Shown one piece after another: positions 21,365-32,748 of a DNA stretch of 64,000 bases; position 1 is the stretch's first letter; every line of letters begins with the position of its first letter. The position numbers were made by a program, and so were the translations under genes. The notes beneath the pieces are model-generated. The model had not been told where the DNA came from, did no database searches, and saw nothing but the letters and a program-made list of their open reading frames with translations. Source of the DNA: a candidate division WOR-3 bacterium (GTDB lineage Bacteria > Hydrothermota > Hydrothermia > Hydrothermales > JAJRUZ01); NCBI GenBank assembly GCA_024277525.1, contig JAJRUZ010000019.1:17-64016 (forward strand), read 5' to 3'.

Positions 21365-22882
21365 ATGAAAATACTTGTTGTAGATGACGAAAAAGATGTT
21401 TTGTTTGCGGTATCCGCCCTTCTTAATTCCTTGGGATATTCAGTGGATACTGCAAGTTCAGGCAAGGAAGGGCTCGAAAAAATGAGAATGAATAACTTTG
21501 ATGTGGTTTTTCTTGATATAAAAATGCCTGAAATGGACGGAATCGAAGTTCTTAAAAAAATTAAGGACAGAAATATAGATGTCATACCGATTATTTTAAC
21601 CGCATACGGAGAACTTCATACTGCAATAGAGGCGGTCAAATACGGTGCCTATGATTTTCTTGAGAAACCCGTTACCAGGGAAATGCTCAAATTTGCGGTT
21701 GAAAGAGCGAAAAAAAGAAAAGAAATCGAAGAAAAAATACTCAGATACCGTGAGTATGAATATTTTTACAATATATGGCACAGTTTAATAAAAATACATG
21801 AATTCAAACCTTTACTTGAAGAAATCCCGAAGGTCCTGTATGATGCCTTTGAAAATAAGTTTAAAATATACCTTATACTGCTTTTGCCTTTTGAGGAAAT
21901 TTTTTCTTTTCCGCCCGAAACAGAATATGACATAGGAAGTCTGAAGGAAATTCTTGAAGAACCGAAAAAAATAGGAGAGGAAGGGATAACAAAAATCTCA
22001 AAGATAGAAAACAAACAAATTCTGACACGTTATTACAAACCAGAAGATAATTTATTTTTTATATTTGCTCTGGAAAATGAAGAAAAAATTAAAGAAGACA
22101 TAATAAAAAAATTTGAATTCTTATCAGATGAAATTTCTACACTTGTAACAAAGAATTATCTTTCTCATAGATTAAATGAAGCCCTTACAAAATTAAGGAA
22201 TATTCACCTTCATTCAATCAAAACAGGTACATTGAGTTTGCTTGTTGAACTGGGTTCTGAATTTTTCAAAAATATCATTTCTCCGCTTGAAATGGCTGAA
22301 AAGGAAATGGAAATCCTGAAAGAAAGAACTAAGGATGTACCTGTTTCCTCCTTAATTGCATCCATAGAAAGCAAACTCAACGAGTTAAAAAATACTTTTG
22401 AAATACTCAGAAGCATAACCGGGCTCGAGAAATTTCAGACCGAAAAAGTAAATGTTGATGAGATTATCCAGATTGCCTATTCTGTTGTCTCGGACAGAAT
22501 GAAAAGTTTGGACATCACTTTTGAAAGAATAGGAGAAGAGAATTTAAAAATAATTGCAAATCCCTCTGCTATTGAATCGGCACTTGTGCATATTCTTTTA
22601 AATTCCATAGACGCAATGCCTCTTGGAGGAAAAATTATAATTGAAACAGAGAAAAAAGACGATAATGTGATAATAAGGGTTATTGATAACGGAGAGGGAA
22701 TTGATTCAGACATTATGGAAAGAATCTTTGAACCCTTCTTTACCACAAAAAGAGAAAAAGGCGGAACAGGTCTGGGTCTAACAAGTGCAAAATGGCTTGT
22801 GGAAAAAATGGGAGGTAAAATAGAAATTGAAAGTAAGAAGGGATTGGGGACAAAAGTAAGTATATATCTTAAATCTGCATGA
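21365..22882 (+). CDS. Hybrid REC-HATPase sensor-kinase-like protein lacking the H-box histidine
   Basis: REC (VVDD, LDIKMP, KP); DNGEGI, FEPFFTTK, GTGLGL; H-box reads EFFKNIISPL. Confidence 0.85.
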   Translation: MKILVVDDEKDVLFAVSALLNSLGYSVDTASSGKEGLEKMRMNNFDVVFLDIKMPEMDGIEVLKKIKDRNIDVIPIILTAYGELHTAIEAVKYGAYDFLEKPVTREMLKFAVERAKKRKEIEEKILRYREYEYFYNIWHSLIKIHEFKPLLEEIPKVLYDAFENKFKIYLILLLPFEEIFSFPPETEYDIGSLKEILEEPKKIGEEGITKISKIENKQILTRYYKPEDNLFFIFALENEEKIKEDIIKKFEFLSDEISTLVTKNYLSHRLNEALTKLRNIHLHSIKTGTLSLLVELGSEFFKNIISPLEMAEKEMEILKERTKDVPVSSLIASIESKLNELKNTFEILRSITGLEKFQTEKVNVDEIIQIAYSVVSDRMKSLDITFERIGEENLKIIANPSAIESALVHILLNSIDAMPLGGKIIIETEKKDDNVIIRVIDNGEGIDSDIMERIFEPFFTTKREKGGTGLGLTSAKWLVEKMGGKIEIESKKGLGTKVSIYLKSA

Positions 22883-24234
22883 AAAAGGTCGTATGTATTG
22901 AAGATGATAAAAATGTCTTGTTCTTTCTCGAAAGTTTTTTAAAAAGTGAAGGATATGAACCTGTATGTTTTGATGATCCTGTGGTTGCACTTAAGCATTT
23001 AAAAAATCATGAAGAAGAATATCCTTTAATTATAACAGATGTCAAAATGCCGGTAATTGATGGAATAAAACTTCTGGAAGAAATAAGAAAGGAAGGGATA
23101 AAATCGAGTGTAATAGTAATAACAGCCTACGGAGAGATTGAGGATGCCGTTAGAGCAATGAGATTGGGAGCAACATCTTATCTTCAAAAACCCCTGAAAG
23201 CAGAGGAACTTGTTGTGCATATAGAAAAAGCATTTCAGGAATATAATAATAAACTTGAACTCGAAAACCTGAAAGAAAGAGTTGAGGAGATTGAGGAAAG
23301 AAATTTTTTAAGTATAAGGTCTTTAAAAATGAGGAAAATTCTTACCCTTGCCAGGAAGGCGGCAAAATCTGATGCTCCTATATATATTACCGGTGAAAGC
23401 GGAGTGGGAAAAGAGGTAATAGCCAGATTCATACACAGAAACTCATTCAGAAATAAGGGACCGTTTATAACTTTGGATTGCGGAGCAATTCCGGAAACAT
23501 TACTTGAAAATGAACTCTTCGGACATGTAAAAGGAGCATTTACCGGTGCAACATCTTACAAAAAAGGCTTATTTGAGTTGGCTGATAAAGGTACGCTCTT
23601 TCTTGATGAGTTAACAAATGCTCCGCTCAATATTCAGGCAAAATTACTCAGAGCAATTGAGACAAAGACATTCATGCCCTTGGGCTCAACCGAATATAAA
23701 ACTTCTGATGTCAGAATAATAGCAGCCTCTCTCTTACCTCCTGAAGAAGCACTTAAGAGAGGTAAATTAAGGGAAGACCTTTATTATCGTCTGAAGGTTT
23801 TTTTAATAGAAATACCCCCTTTAAGGGAAAGAAGGGAAGATATTTTGCCCCTTGCAAGACATTTTATAAATGAATTAGAGAAAAAATATAAAAAAGGGAT
23901 CAAAAGTATAACAAGGGAAGCAATAGAAATACTCGTCAATCACTCCTGGCCCGGAAATGTGAGAGAATTGAAAAATGTAATAGAATACGCGTATATAATG
24001 GCTGAAAAAAACAAAATAGAAGCAAAACATATCCCTTTGCAGATAATATTAAATGAAACAAAAAATCTTGATGTGAATTATAAAAAGGCAAAAGAACAAT
24101 TTGAGAAAATTTACTTTTTAAAACTACTCGAAAATTCGGGTTATAATATTAACAGGGCATCCAAATTGTCCGGTCTTTCAAGACAACTTATTTACAATAA
24201 ATTGAAAAAATATAAATTACCCTTCAAAAAATAA
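22879..24234 (+). CDS. Sigma54-dependent response regulator (NtrC/AtoC family)
   Basis: REC, GESGVGKE, GAFTGA, WPGNVREL, Fis-type HTH. Confidence 0.93.
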   Translation: MKKVVCIEDDKNVLFFLESFLKSEGYEPVCFDDPVVALKHLKNHEEEYPLIITDVKMPVIDGIKLLEEIRKEGIKSSVIVITAYGEIEDAVRAMRLGATSYLQKPLKAEELVVHIEKAFQEYNNKLELENLKERVEEIEERNFLSIRSLKMRKILTLARKAAKSDAPIYITGESGVGKEVIARFIHRNSFRNKGPFITLDCGAIPETLLENELFGHVKGAFTGATSYKKGLFELADKGTLFLDELTNAPLNIQAKLLRAIETKTFMPLGSTEYKTSDVRIIAASLLPPEEALKRGKLREDLYYRLKVFLIEIPPLRERREDILPLARHFINELEKKYKKGIKSITREAIEILVNHSWPGNVRELKNVIEYAYIMAEKNKIEAKHIPLQIILNETKNLDVNYKKAKEQFEKIYFLKLLENSGYNINRASKLSGLSRQLIYNKLKKYKLPFKK

Positions 24235-24729
24235 TGCCCTATCTTTATATAGCAGGCGGAAAATTGAAAGGCAAAAGAATCTACACACCATCATTTATAA
24301 GACCCACACAAAAAAAAGTGAAGAAAGCAATTTTTGACATACTCGGATACAAAATTTTAAATTCTTTGTTTCTTGATTTATTTGCGGGTTCCGGAAATAT
24401 AGGAATAGAAGCAATTTCAAGGGGATGTAAATCATGTTTTTTTGTGGAAAAAAATGAAAAATGTGTAAGTATAATAAAAAAAAATTTAAATGATTTGAAA
24501 ATCTCCGATTCTTTTAAAATAGTGAGAAGAGATGCTTCAAAGTTTGTAAATTCCGTTAAATCAAAATTTGATATAATTTTTGCTGATCCGCCTTATAATT
24601 ACAAATTGAAAAGAAGATTCGTAGAGGATGTAATTAAAATATTGAGTAGAAACGGAATTTTTATTTTGGAGATTTCGAAAAGAGAAAAAACAAATGAATT
24701 TGATGATTTAATTAAAAGGGAGGAAATGT

Positions 24730-26184
<1,455 letters not shown>

Positions 26185-26192
<8 letters not shown>

Positions 26193-26640
26193 AATTATAA
26201 GAACAATTGAAGAAATAAAAAAACTGGAGGAAAAAAGGGAGCCTGAAAAGATACTTCCCTATTTATCCCATCCGAGTTTTCTTGTAAGGGAGAGAGCGGC
26301 AAAAGCGATTTCAAAAACAGGAAAACACCTGAGGGAAAAAATTGTGGAAATACTCGAAAACGGTTTCTGGTATGAAAAAGCAGCAACACTTGAAATTCTG
26401 GGTGAATGGGCTAATGAAAAAGATATAAATCTATTTGTAAGGTTTTTAAATGATAAAAACAGTTTAATAAGAGAAAAAGCTGCCCTTTCTTTGTTTAGCA
26501 CAATTAAAAGATTACCCGCTCTTCCGCAGGATTTTAATCCGAATATATTGAAAAAAGTAAGGGAGATATTTTTATCTGTCCAGAAAAAAGAAATGGCTGA
26601 TGAAATTTTAGCATTGTATAGAGAATTTTTCAACAAATGA
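26185..26640 (+). CDS. HEAT repeat protein
   Basis: LSHPSFLVRERAAKAI and LNDKNSLIREKAALSL. Confidence 0.75.
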
Positions 26641-27641
26641 AGTTGGAAGAAATAGTTGCTTTAACTTTTGAGAGATTTAAAAATGATGAGATAAAGAGAA
26701 TGGTCAAAGAAAAAAGAATTGAAAAAGAGCCAAAAAAAGAGAATATATTAAAAGCACAAAGAATTCTTGAAGAATGTGAGAAGAAAAAAATTAAGATTTT
26801 GACCTTTATGGATAAGGAGTATCCTGTTGAATTTACAATTCCTTATTATCCGCCTTTGGTTTTATATTACAGGGGTCAGCCTTCGGTTTTAAAAAAGAGA
26901 AGGAAAATAGCAATAATCGGGACGAGAAAACCTACAAAATACGGAAGAGATGTTGCTTATATTTTTTCAAAAAAATTATCTTTAAACGGAGTTGTAATTG
27001 TGAGCGGTGGGGCAAGGGGTATTGACACGATGGCACATAAAGGAGCAATTGATGGAACAGGTGAAACGGTGTGTATATTGGGATCAGGAATTGATGTTCC
27101 CTATCCGCCGGAAAATAAGAGAGTTTTCAGACAGATAGAAGAAAAGGGGATATTAATTTCGGAGTATCCTCCGGGTACAAAGCCATTTGCTTATCATTTT
27201 CCGATGAGAAACAGATTGATTGCTTCCTTATCCGAGGGGGTGGTGGTGGTTGAAGCAGGGGAAAAATCAGGGACTTTCATAACCGTGAAATGGGCGCTTG
27301 ATATAGGAAGGGACATCTTTGCGATACCAGGTGATATATTTTCAAAAAAGAGCAAAGGTCCCAATTTTCTTATAAGGGAAGGAGCAAGGTTAATATCAAC
27401 TCCAGAGGAACTTCTTTATGATATGGGAATAGAAATACTTAAAGAAGAAAAAAAAGAAATAGAATTAAAAGGAATCGAAAAAGAAATATATGAATTTTTA
27501 AAAGAAAAGGGAAGAAAGAGTGTGGATGAAATTAAATCATATGTTAATAAAAATACCGGGGAGGTTTTATCCGCTCTTTTAAATCTTGAAATTAAAGGAA
27601 TTGTAAGAAACGAGGGTTTCGGAATATATTCTTTAAAATGA
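26637..27641 (+). CDS. dprA: DNA-processing protein DprA
   Basis: IGTR, VSGGARGID, FPMRNRLIA, VEAGEKSG; winged-helix C-terminus. Confidence 0.93.
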   Translation: MKLEEIVALTFERFKNDEIKRMVKEKRIEKEPKKENILKAQRILEECEKKKIKILTFMDKEYPVEFTIPYYPPLVLYYRGQPSVLKKRRKIAIIGTRKPTKYGRDVAYIFSKKLSLNGVVIVSGGARGIDTMAHKGAIDGTGETVCILGSGIDVPYPPENKRVFRQIEEKGILISEYPPGTKPFAYHFPMRNRLIASLSEGVVVVEAGEKSGTFITVKWALDIGRDIFAIPGDIFSKKSKGPNFLIREGARLISTPEELLYDMGIEILKEEKKEIELKGIEKEIYEFLKEKGRKSVDEIKSYVNKNTGEVLSALLNLEIKGIVRNEGFGIYSLK

Positions 27642-27717
27642 ATAATTTAAGTCGCATGAATGCAATTGCTACAAAAACCATAAACCCAACAAAGTCAATC
27701 TCCGAATGCCGAAAATT

Positions 27718-27740
27718 GTAGGGGTAGTCTCTAACCGTAA
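27718..27740 (+). repeat. Possible decayed GTAG REP copy between convergent genes
   Basis: GTAGGGGTAGTCTCTAACCGTAA aligns to the REP 24-mer, mostly by transitions. Confidence 0.3.
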
Positions 27741-27794
27741 ATATTTACCGTGACAAAACATACTGCTATATACTTATCACAATAATATGATTCA

Positions 27795-28805
27795 TTACTC
27801 TATTTTTATATTTTCCGTTTCAAGCCATTTCTTCAACTCTTTGTTGATTAATTCCCTTATGTTATGATAAAACTCTCTTTCTCTTTTTCCTATCTCAATC
27901 TCAATAACCTTTATCTCTCCTTCTCTTTCTATCTCAATATTCACTTTTGTGCCCGGGGGAGTGCTTTTTACTTTCTCTACAAAATCAATAATGCCCTCCG
28001 GCTTTTCTCCACCGAATTTCAAAATATAATCTCCCTCCCTGAGTCCCCCTTCATCTGCCGGTTAATTTTTAAGCACTTTTCTTATATAAATTCCCTTACC
28101 TTCTTTATAATCAATCACTATCCCGAGAAATCCGGGATAAACTTTACCCCGTTCTTTCATCAAATTTACCCTCTTCAGGATACAAGAATAGGTATAACCT
28201 TTTATTTTGTAAGAAATATCATAAAGATAAAAAAAAGGCTCAAAATTTCTGAGTTTCTTATTAAAAAATTGTTCAAAATTTTCAAAAGCAAATGCTTTCC
28301 CCCTCAATATCCCTATGATTTTTCCTTTTGTATCCACAATAGGTGCCCCTGAAAAACCCGGCGGAAATACACCATCAAGATATAATTTCCCGCTTTTCTC
28401 ATCATAAATTGAAAAAAATAAAAAATTCCCTTTACCTTTTAACGAAAAGCAAAGAGCAAGCTGAGGAAATTTTCTTTCAAATTTCTCAAAATCAGGAACA
28501 GGCAGGTCCTCATTTACTTCAATTATTGCAATATGAGTCAATTCATCCCAACCTTTGATTTTCCCTTTAATTTTCTTTTCATTATTAATAAGCAATACCT
28601 CCTCACCCGTATCAACTTCTGGAAGAATTGTTATAACTACATTTTTTTCAAAAACAAAACCCGTCGAGTAAAATCTGTTAAATTTAATTTCAAAAATTGA
28701 ATTGGAAATTTTTTTATATATACTTCTTATCTCTTTTTCTATTTTCTCAAGCTCCTGAGCGGAAATTAAATTGAAAGAAATAAGCAAAAATAAAAAAATC
28801 CTCAT
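27795..28805 (-). CDS. HtrA-like trypsin-fold plus PDZ protein with degenerate catalytic triad; in-frame TAA at 28062-28064
   Basis: STGF, PGFSGAP, GFLGI, VLKN*PADEGGLREGD continuing in frame into 27795..28022. Confidence 0.75.
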
Positions 28806-29218
28806 GGTACAGTCTGTTCATAAGAAACTTCATAACTCATATCAGTGTAATATATCTTTACAGGAAAAGGACGAACTTTTCTTTTCAAAACAACTTCTTT
28901 TTTCCTCTCTTTTCTTACAACCTCTATTTTTTTAACTCTGTGAATTTCATTAAAAACCAAGGAAAATATAAGCAAAAGAAGCATAAAAAGAGAGGCAAAT
29001 TTTAAAATTTTCTTTCTTTTCTGTCTCCTTCTTAATGTATTTGAATTATACCTGTATTCAAGAGAAGGAGCGAGAATTTTTATTGTTAAAATATCCTCAT
29101 AAATTTTTTTGCAGTAATCACATTTCTCCATATGAGCCTCAATCTCTTCCCTTTCAGCCTCACTTAAATATCCGTCAATATAAAGTGAAATTTTTTTTAT
29201 AAATTCTTCACAGAACAT
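28802..29218 (-). CDS. Zinc-binding anti-sigma factor (zf-HC2) with TM helix
   Basis: C...YIDG.L...HMEKCDYC. Confidence 0.88.
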   Translation of the reverse strand: MFCEEFIKKISLYIDGYLSEAEREEIEAHMEKCDYCKKIYEDILTIKILAPSLEYRYNSNTLRRRQKRKKILKFASLFMLLLLIFSLVFNEIHRVKKIEVVRKERKKEVVLKRKVRPFPVKIYYTDMSYEVSYEQTVP

Positions 29219-29690
29219 TTTTCAACCTCTCTCTTAAATGAAGACGAGCCCTTGAAATTCTTGACTTCACTGTACCGAGAGGAATCGAAAGTATTCTTGA
29301 AATTTCCTCATACGAATATCCCTCTATATCCCTGAGAATAAAAACCTCCCTCAAAGCATCGGGCAATTTCTCTATTTCTTCTTCAAGTCTTTTTCTTATC
29401 AAAAATAACTTTATCGGGTCCTTATTCACATAAAGAGAATGCTTTTCTTCATCAAATTCTACCCTCTTTTCTCTTTTCTTCTTTCTCAAATAATCAATAC
29501 TTCTGTTTTTAAGGGCTTTGTATAAAAAACCTTCGGGATTTCTGATTTTATCAATATTATTATAAAATTTTATAAAAGTCTCCTGAACAATATCCTCTGA
29601 GATATCCCGATCTTTCACAATATTTTCAACATACCTTATCCATTTATCTTTCGTCTGTAAATAAAATTTTTCAAAGTCCTCCTTTTTCAT
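29208..29690 (-). CDS. ECF RNA polymerase sigma factor
   Basis: EDIVQETF and YSYEEIS...GTVKSRISRAR. Confidence 0.92.
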   Translation of the reverse strand: MKKEDFEKFYLQTKDKWIRYVENIVKDRDISEDIVQETFIKFYNNIDKIRNPEGFLYKALKNRSIDYLRKKKREKRVEFDEEKHSLYVNKDPIKLFLIRKRLEEEIEKLPDALREVFILRDIEGYSYEEISRILSIPLGTVKSRISRARLHLRERLKNVL

Positions 29691-29699
29691 ATATTAAAT

Positions 29700-29725
29700 G
29701 ACGAATAAACTTTCAAAAAGTTTCA
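29700..29725 (-). promoter_or_regulatory. Probable autoregulatory ECF promoter
   Basis: TGAAAC-N16-CGTC (SigW/SigM-type consensus), 9 nt before the sigma ATG. Confidence 0.65.
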
Positions 29726-30487
29726 ATCTTTTATTTTTATAAAACCCACCCCATCTTTTATTAATTCCGTGTAAAAAATTTTGCCGTCATAAGGAAACAA
29801 ATCAACGGGATAAATAAGATTTTCTTTTATTATCTTAATTTTCTTTTCTTTTAAATTAAAAGCAATTATTCTAACGTTTCTTGAACTTGTTAAGAAAACA
29901 ATATCTCCTTTAATAAGAATTCTCCCTCCTGTTTTTATTTCACCGGAAATTAATTCCGTCTTTATTTCACCATTTTTTAAAGAAAATATTTTTCCGGGAA
30001 ATGTTGCTGTTAATACATAAAGATTTCCATCTTTGTAAAAAAGGGATACAGGTTTCATTATCTTGTCCGTCAGAACTTCAATTTTTTTATCTTTTATGGA
30101 AATTTTATATATTTTATTGTCTTCTTTATCACATACATAAAAATATTTTCCGTCGGTTGTAATGTCTGTTAAAAATGAAGGTTTTATTTCAAAATCACCG
30201 GGTTTCAGAAACAGCCGTTTTTTTCCTTTTAAGTCAACTTCCCATATTCTGTCCATATCCGCAACATAAAATTTATTTTTAAAGAATACAAAACCCTGAG
30301 GGTCAATGAGACCTTTCAACACCCTTTTATAATCTCTTTTTCCTCGTATAAAATCCTTACAGGAAATTTTCCATATTGAACCGTCAGGAAGTCCCACTTC
30401 TCCTATTTCAGCAATATAAACCGTATCATTTATTACATAAATACTGCTCGGAAGATTTAAAGTAAAAAAAAGTAGAAATTTTATCAT
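29723..30487 (-). CDS. Exported six-bladed beta-propeller (NHL/SMP-30-like)
   Basis: Repeats LIDPQGF..FYVAD, FLTDIT...YVCD, KPVSL...LYV. Confidence 0.7.
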   Translation of the reverse strand: MIKFLLFFTLNLPSSIYVINDTVYIAEIGEVGLPDGSIWKISCKDFIRGKRDYKRVLKGLIDPQGFVFFKNKFYVADMDRIWEVDLKGKKRLFLKPGDFEIKPSFLTDITTDGKYFYVCDKEDNKIYKISIKDKKIEVLTDKIMKPVSLFYKDGNLYVLTATFPGKIFSLKNGEIKTELISGEIKTGGRILIKGDIVFLTSSRNVRIIAFNLKEKKIKIIKENLIYPVDLFPYDGKIFYTELIKDGVGFIKIKD

Positions 30488-30489
30488 CT

Positions 30490-31857
30490 TTAATTATATG
30501 TCTCCTTACCGAATTTTTTCCATACAAAATAAGAGGTCAAAATCACCCTTAGATTCGTAATAATTGCAATAATTATAAAAAGTTCTTTTAACAATCCGAA
30601 AATCGAAAAAAGGAATATAATAAATATTCTTTCGTCCCTCTTTCCGATTAAACATTTCATCTGAGGAATTACTTCATATATATCCCTTTTGTAAGCACCT
30701 TTAAATCTTTCGGACACATAGCTCACCATTAATGAACCGAAAATTGCAAGCAAACATATAAAAAGGAAATAATTTTGAGGATTTAATTTAAGCGTTAAAA
30801 CGGTCAGAAACAGAAAATCAACAACCCTATCCAATACCGAGTCCATCCATCCTCCAAATCTGCTTCTCCTCATTGAAACCCTTGCTATCTCACCATCTAT
30901 TCCGTCAAGCACGGATGAAACCTGATATAAAATCGCCCCCCAGGGGATATTAAAGATACAAATAAAGGATGCCAAAATTCCTGTTAAAAAGGAAAAAATT
31001 GTTGCCTGATTAGGGGTAATTCTATCAACAAGAAATTCACTTATCTTTGTTGAAAGTTTTCTGTTCAAGAATCTTGAAATAAATCCGTCTCCTTGTGTCT
31101 TAACCGAGTTTTTAATTAAGAATTTTCTTGCTTTTTTCAAATCATAAAAAGTATCAACATCCATCCAGAAATAACCGGAAACCGGAGTGCATTCGAGATT
31201 TGCTCTTTTAACTATTTCACTCATTTTTATTTTGTTCTTTTCATTTTCAAGTTCTTCCGCATATTTAAATATACTACCGTCAAGAATAAAAAATCCTGTA
31301 TCAAATCCGTTAAATTCCTCAATGCTTTTACCTATATCAACTATTCTCCCGTCTTCATGATAAACCTTTGTTGCCTCTTTTTTATCTATATACTTTCCTT
31401 CTTCATCAATTATTAAACCCCTTCCCTGAATTGCCTCATAGAAAAAATCCTCTTCGTAAATATGGTCACCCATAAGTAAGATAAATTCCTCATCTTCCTG
31501 TATATAATCTTTTAAAATATAAACCGAATAACCGTTCTCCCTTTCGGGAAAAGGATTTATTATAATTTTTGCATTTATATTATTTTTGTTTAAAAATTCC
31601 CTTATCTTTTTTTCGTACTTAGGGTTTGTAACTATTACAAATTCATTAATACCCAATTTTTGCAAATTTTTTATGTTTCTGTAAAGGATTTCCCTTCCGC
31701 CGACTTTAAGGAGTGTTTTCGGAATTTCTTCGGAATAAGGTCTTAATCTTTTGCCGATACCCGCAGCAAGGATCACTGCCTTTGATAATCTTTTTTCTTC
31801 TTCAATTTCTTCATAAGGAAAAATTTTATATTCAAGTTCATAATTTTTTTCCCTCAT
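30490..31857 (-). CDS. Bifunctional inositol-1-P cytidylyltransferase / di-myo-inositol-phosphate phosphate synthase (IPCT/DIPPS)
   Basis: LAAGIGKRL..PKTLL NTP-transferase fused to CDP-alcohol phosphotransferase (TPNQ, DGIDGEIAR...GGWMDSVLDR); DGFISRFLNRK linker. Confidence 0.88.
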   Translation of the reverse strand: MREKNYELEYKIFPYEEIEEEKRLSKAVILAAGIGKRLRPYSEEIPKTLLKVGGREILYRNIKNLQKLGINEFVIVTNPKYEKKIREFLNKNNINAKIIINPFPERENGYSVYILKDYIQEDEEFILLMGDHIYEEDFFYEAIQGRGLIIDEEGKYIDKKEATKVYHEDGRIVDIGKSIEEFNGFDTGFFILDGSIFKYAEELENEKNKIKMSEIVKRANLECTPVSGYFWMDVDTFYDLKKARKFLIKNSVKTQGDGFISRFLNRKLSTKISEFLVDRITPNQATIFSFLTGILASFICIFNIPWGAILYQVSSVLDGIDGEIARVSMRRSRFGGWMDSVLDRVVDFLFLTVLTLKLNPQNYFLFICLLAIFGSLMVSYVSERFKGAYKRDIYEVIPQMKCLIGKRDERIFIIFLFSIFGLLKELFIIIAIITNLRVILTSYFVWKKFGKETYN

Positions 31858-32049
31858 TTTCTTCCTCCTTTTTAAATTCTTAAATCAATCTTTATTCAAT
31901 TTCTATTTAAGAGCAAAATTTAAATTTCGAAAATAAGAAAATTATATAATAAAATAACATCTTTTTTTGAAAATTTCAAGTTTATGGAATATTTTATGAT
32001 TCTTTAAATTTTTCTTATTAAGGGCAATTTTCTGTTACGATTATTTTCC

Positions 32050-32748
32050 TCAAGGAGACAGAAGAAAATCAAAAACCCTTTTGGAATAATTTTTAAAATT
32101 GGATTCATCGGATAATGAATATTCGATCATTGCCTGGTATATCGGAAATAAGGTTAAAAATCTCAGAACAATGCCCGCACTTACTTCTTCCCTCGGACGG
32201 GTTATCTCAACAGGACCGTAAAAAACAACCTCTTCAGCCTCTGTAAAATACTCATCAAGAAAATTTATTATCTTCTCGGTTGAAGTTAAATCAACCTGTT
32301 TATCAAGAATTTTAGCATATATAAAAGCATTTTGTATCACAGAAACTACATTTTCCGAAAACTGATGAAAAAGAAAAGCAAATCTTGATTTCTCATATCT
32401 CCCTTTAATTCCCAAATACACCCCGGACTCTTCGGGTGAGTGTATTTCAAATCTCAGATAAATCTTTAAAATATCACTCTCTTTTTGATAATTTTCATTT
32501 TTCCTCGGCTCAATTCCGTAGCCCACAAAATCTGCTTTTTCTTCATGAAGCGACGGAATCACCGAAATCTTGGAATGCCAAAATATATCAACTTCCAAAA
32601 TTTCTTCCAGTGTATTCAAAATAGGAGTAACTAAATCCTGAATCTTGGGCCTTAACTCTTCATAAAATGCCTTCACTCTATCTTCTCTTTTAAATATTTC
32701 CTCAAGTTTTTCAAGTGGCACATAAGGTTTTAAAATTATTTTGTCCAT
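32050..32748 (-). CDS. Hypothetical protein
   Basis: 232-aa ORF overlapping the hflX stop; GAGGTG SD. Confidence 0.7.
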   Translation of the reverse strand: MDKIILKPYVPLEKLEEIFKREDRVKAFYEELRPKIQDLVTPILNTLEEILEVDIFWHSKISVIPSLHEEKADFVGYGIEPRKNENYQKESDILKIYLRFEIHSPEESGVYLGIKGRYEKSRFAFLFHQFSENVVSVIQNAFIYAKILDKQVDLTSTEKIINFLDEYFTEAEEVVFYGPVEITRPREEVSAGIVLRFLTLFPIYQAMIEYSLSDESNFKNYSKRVFDFLLSP

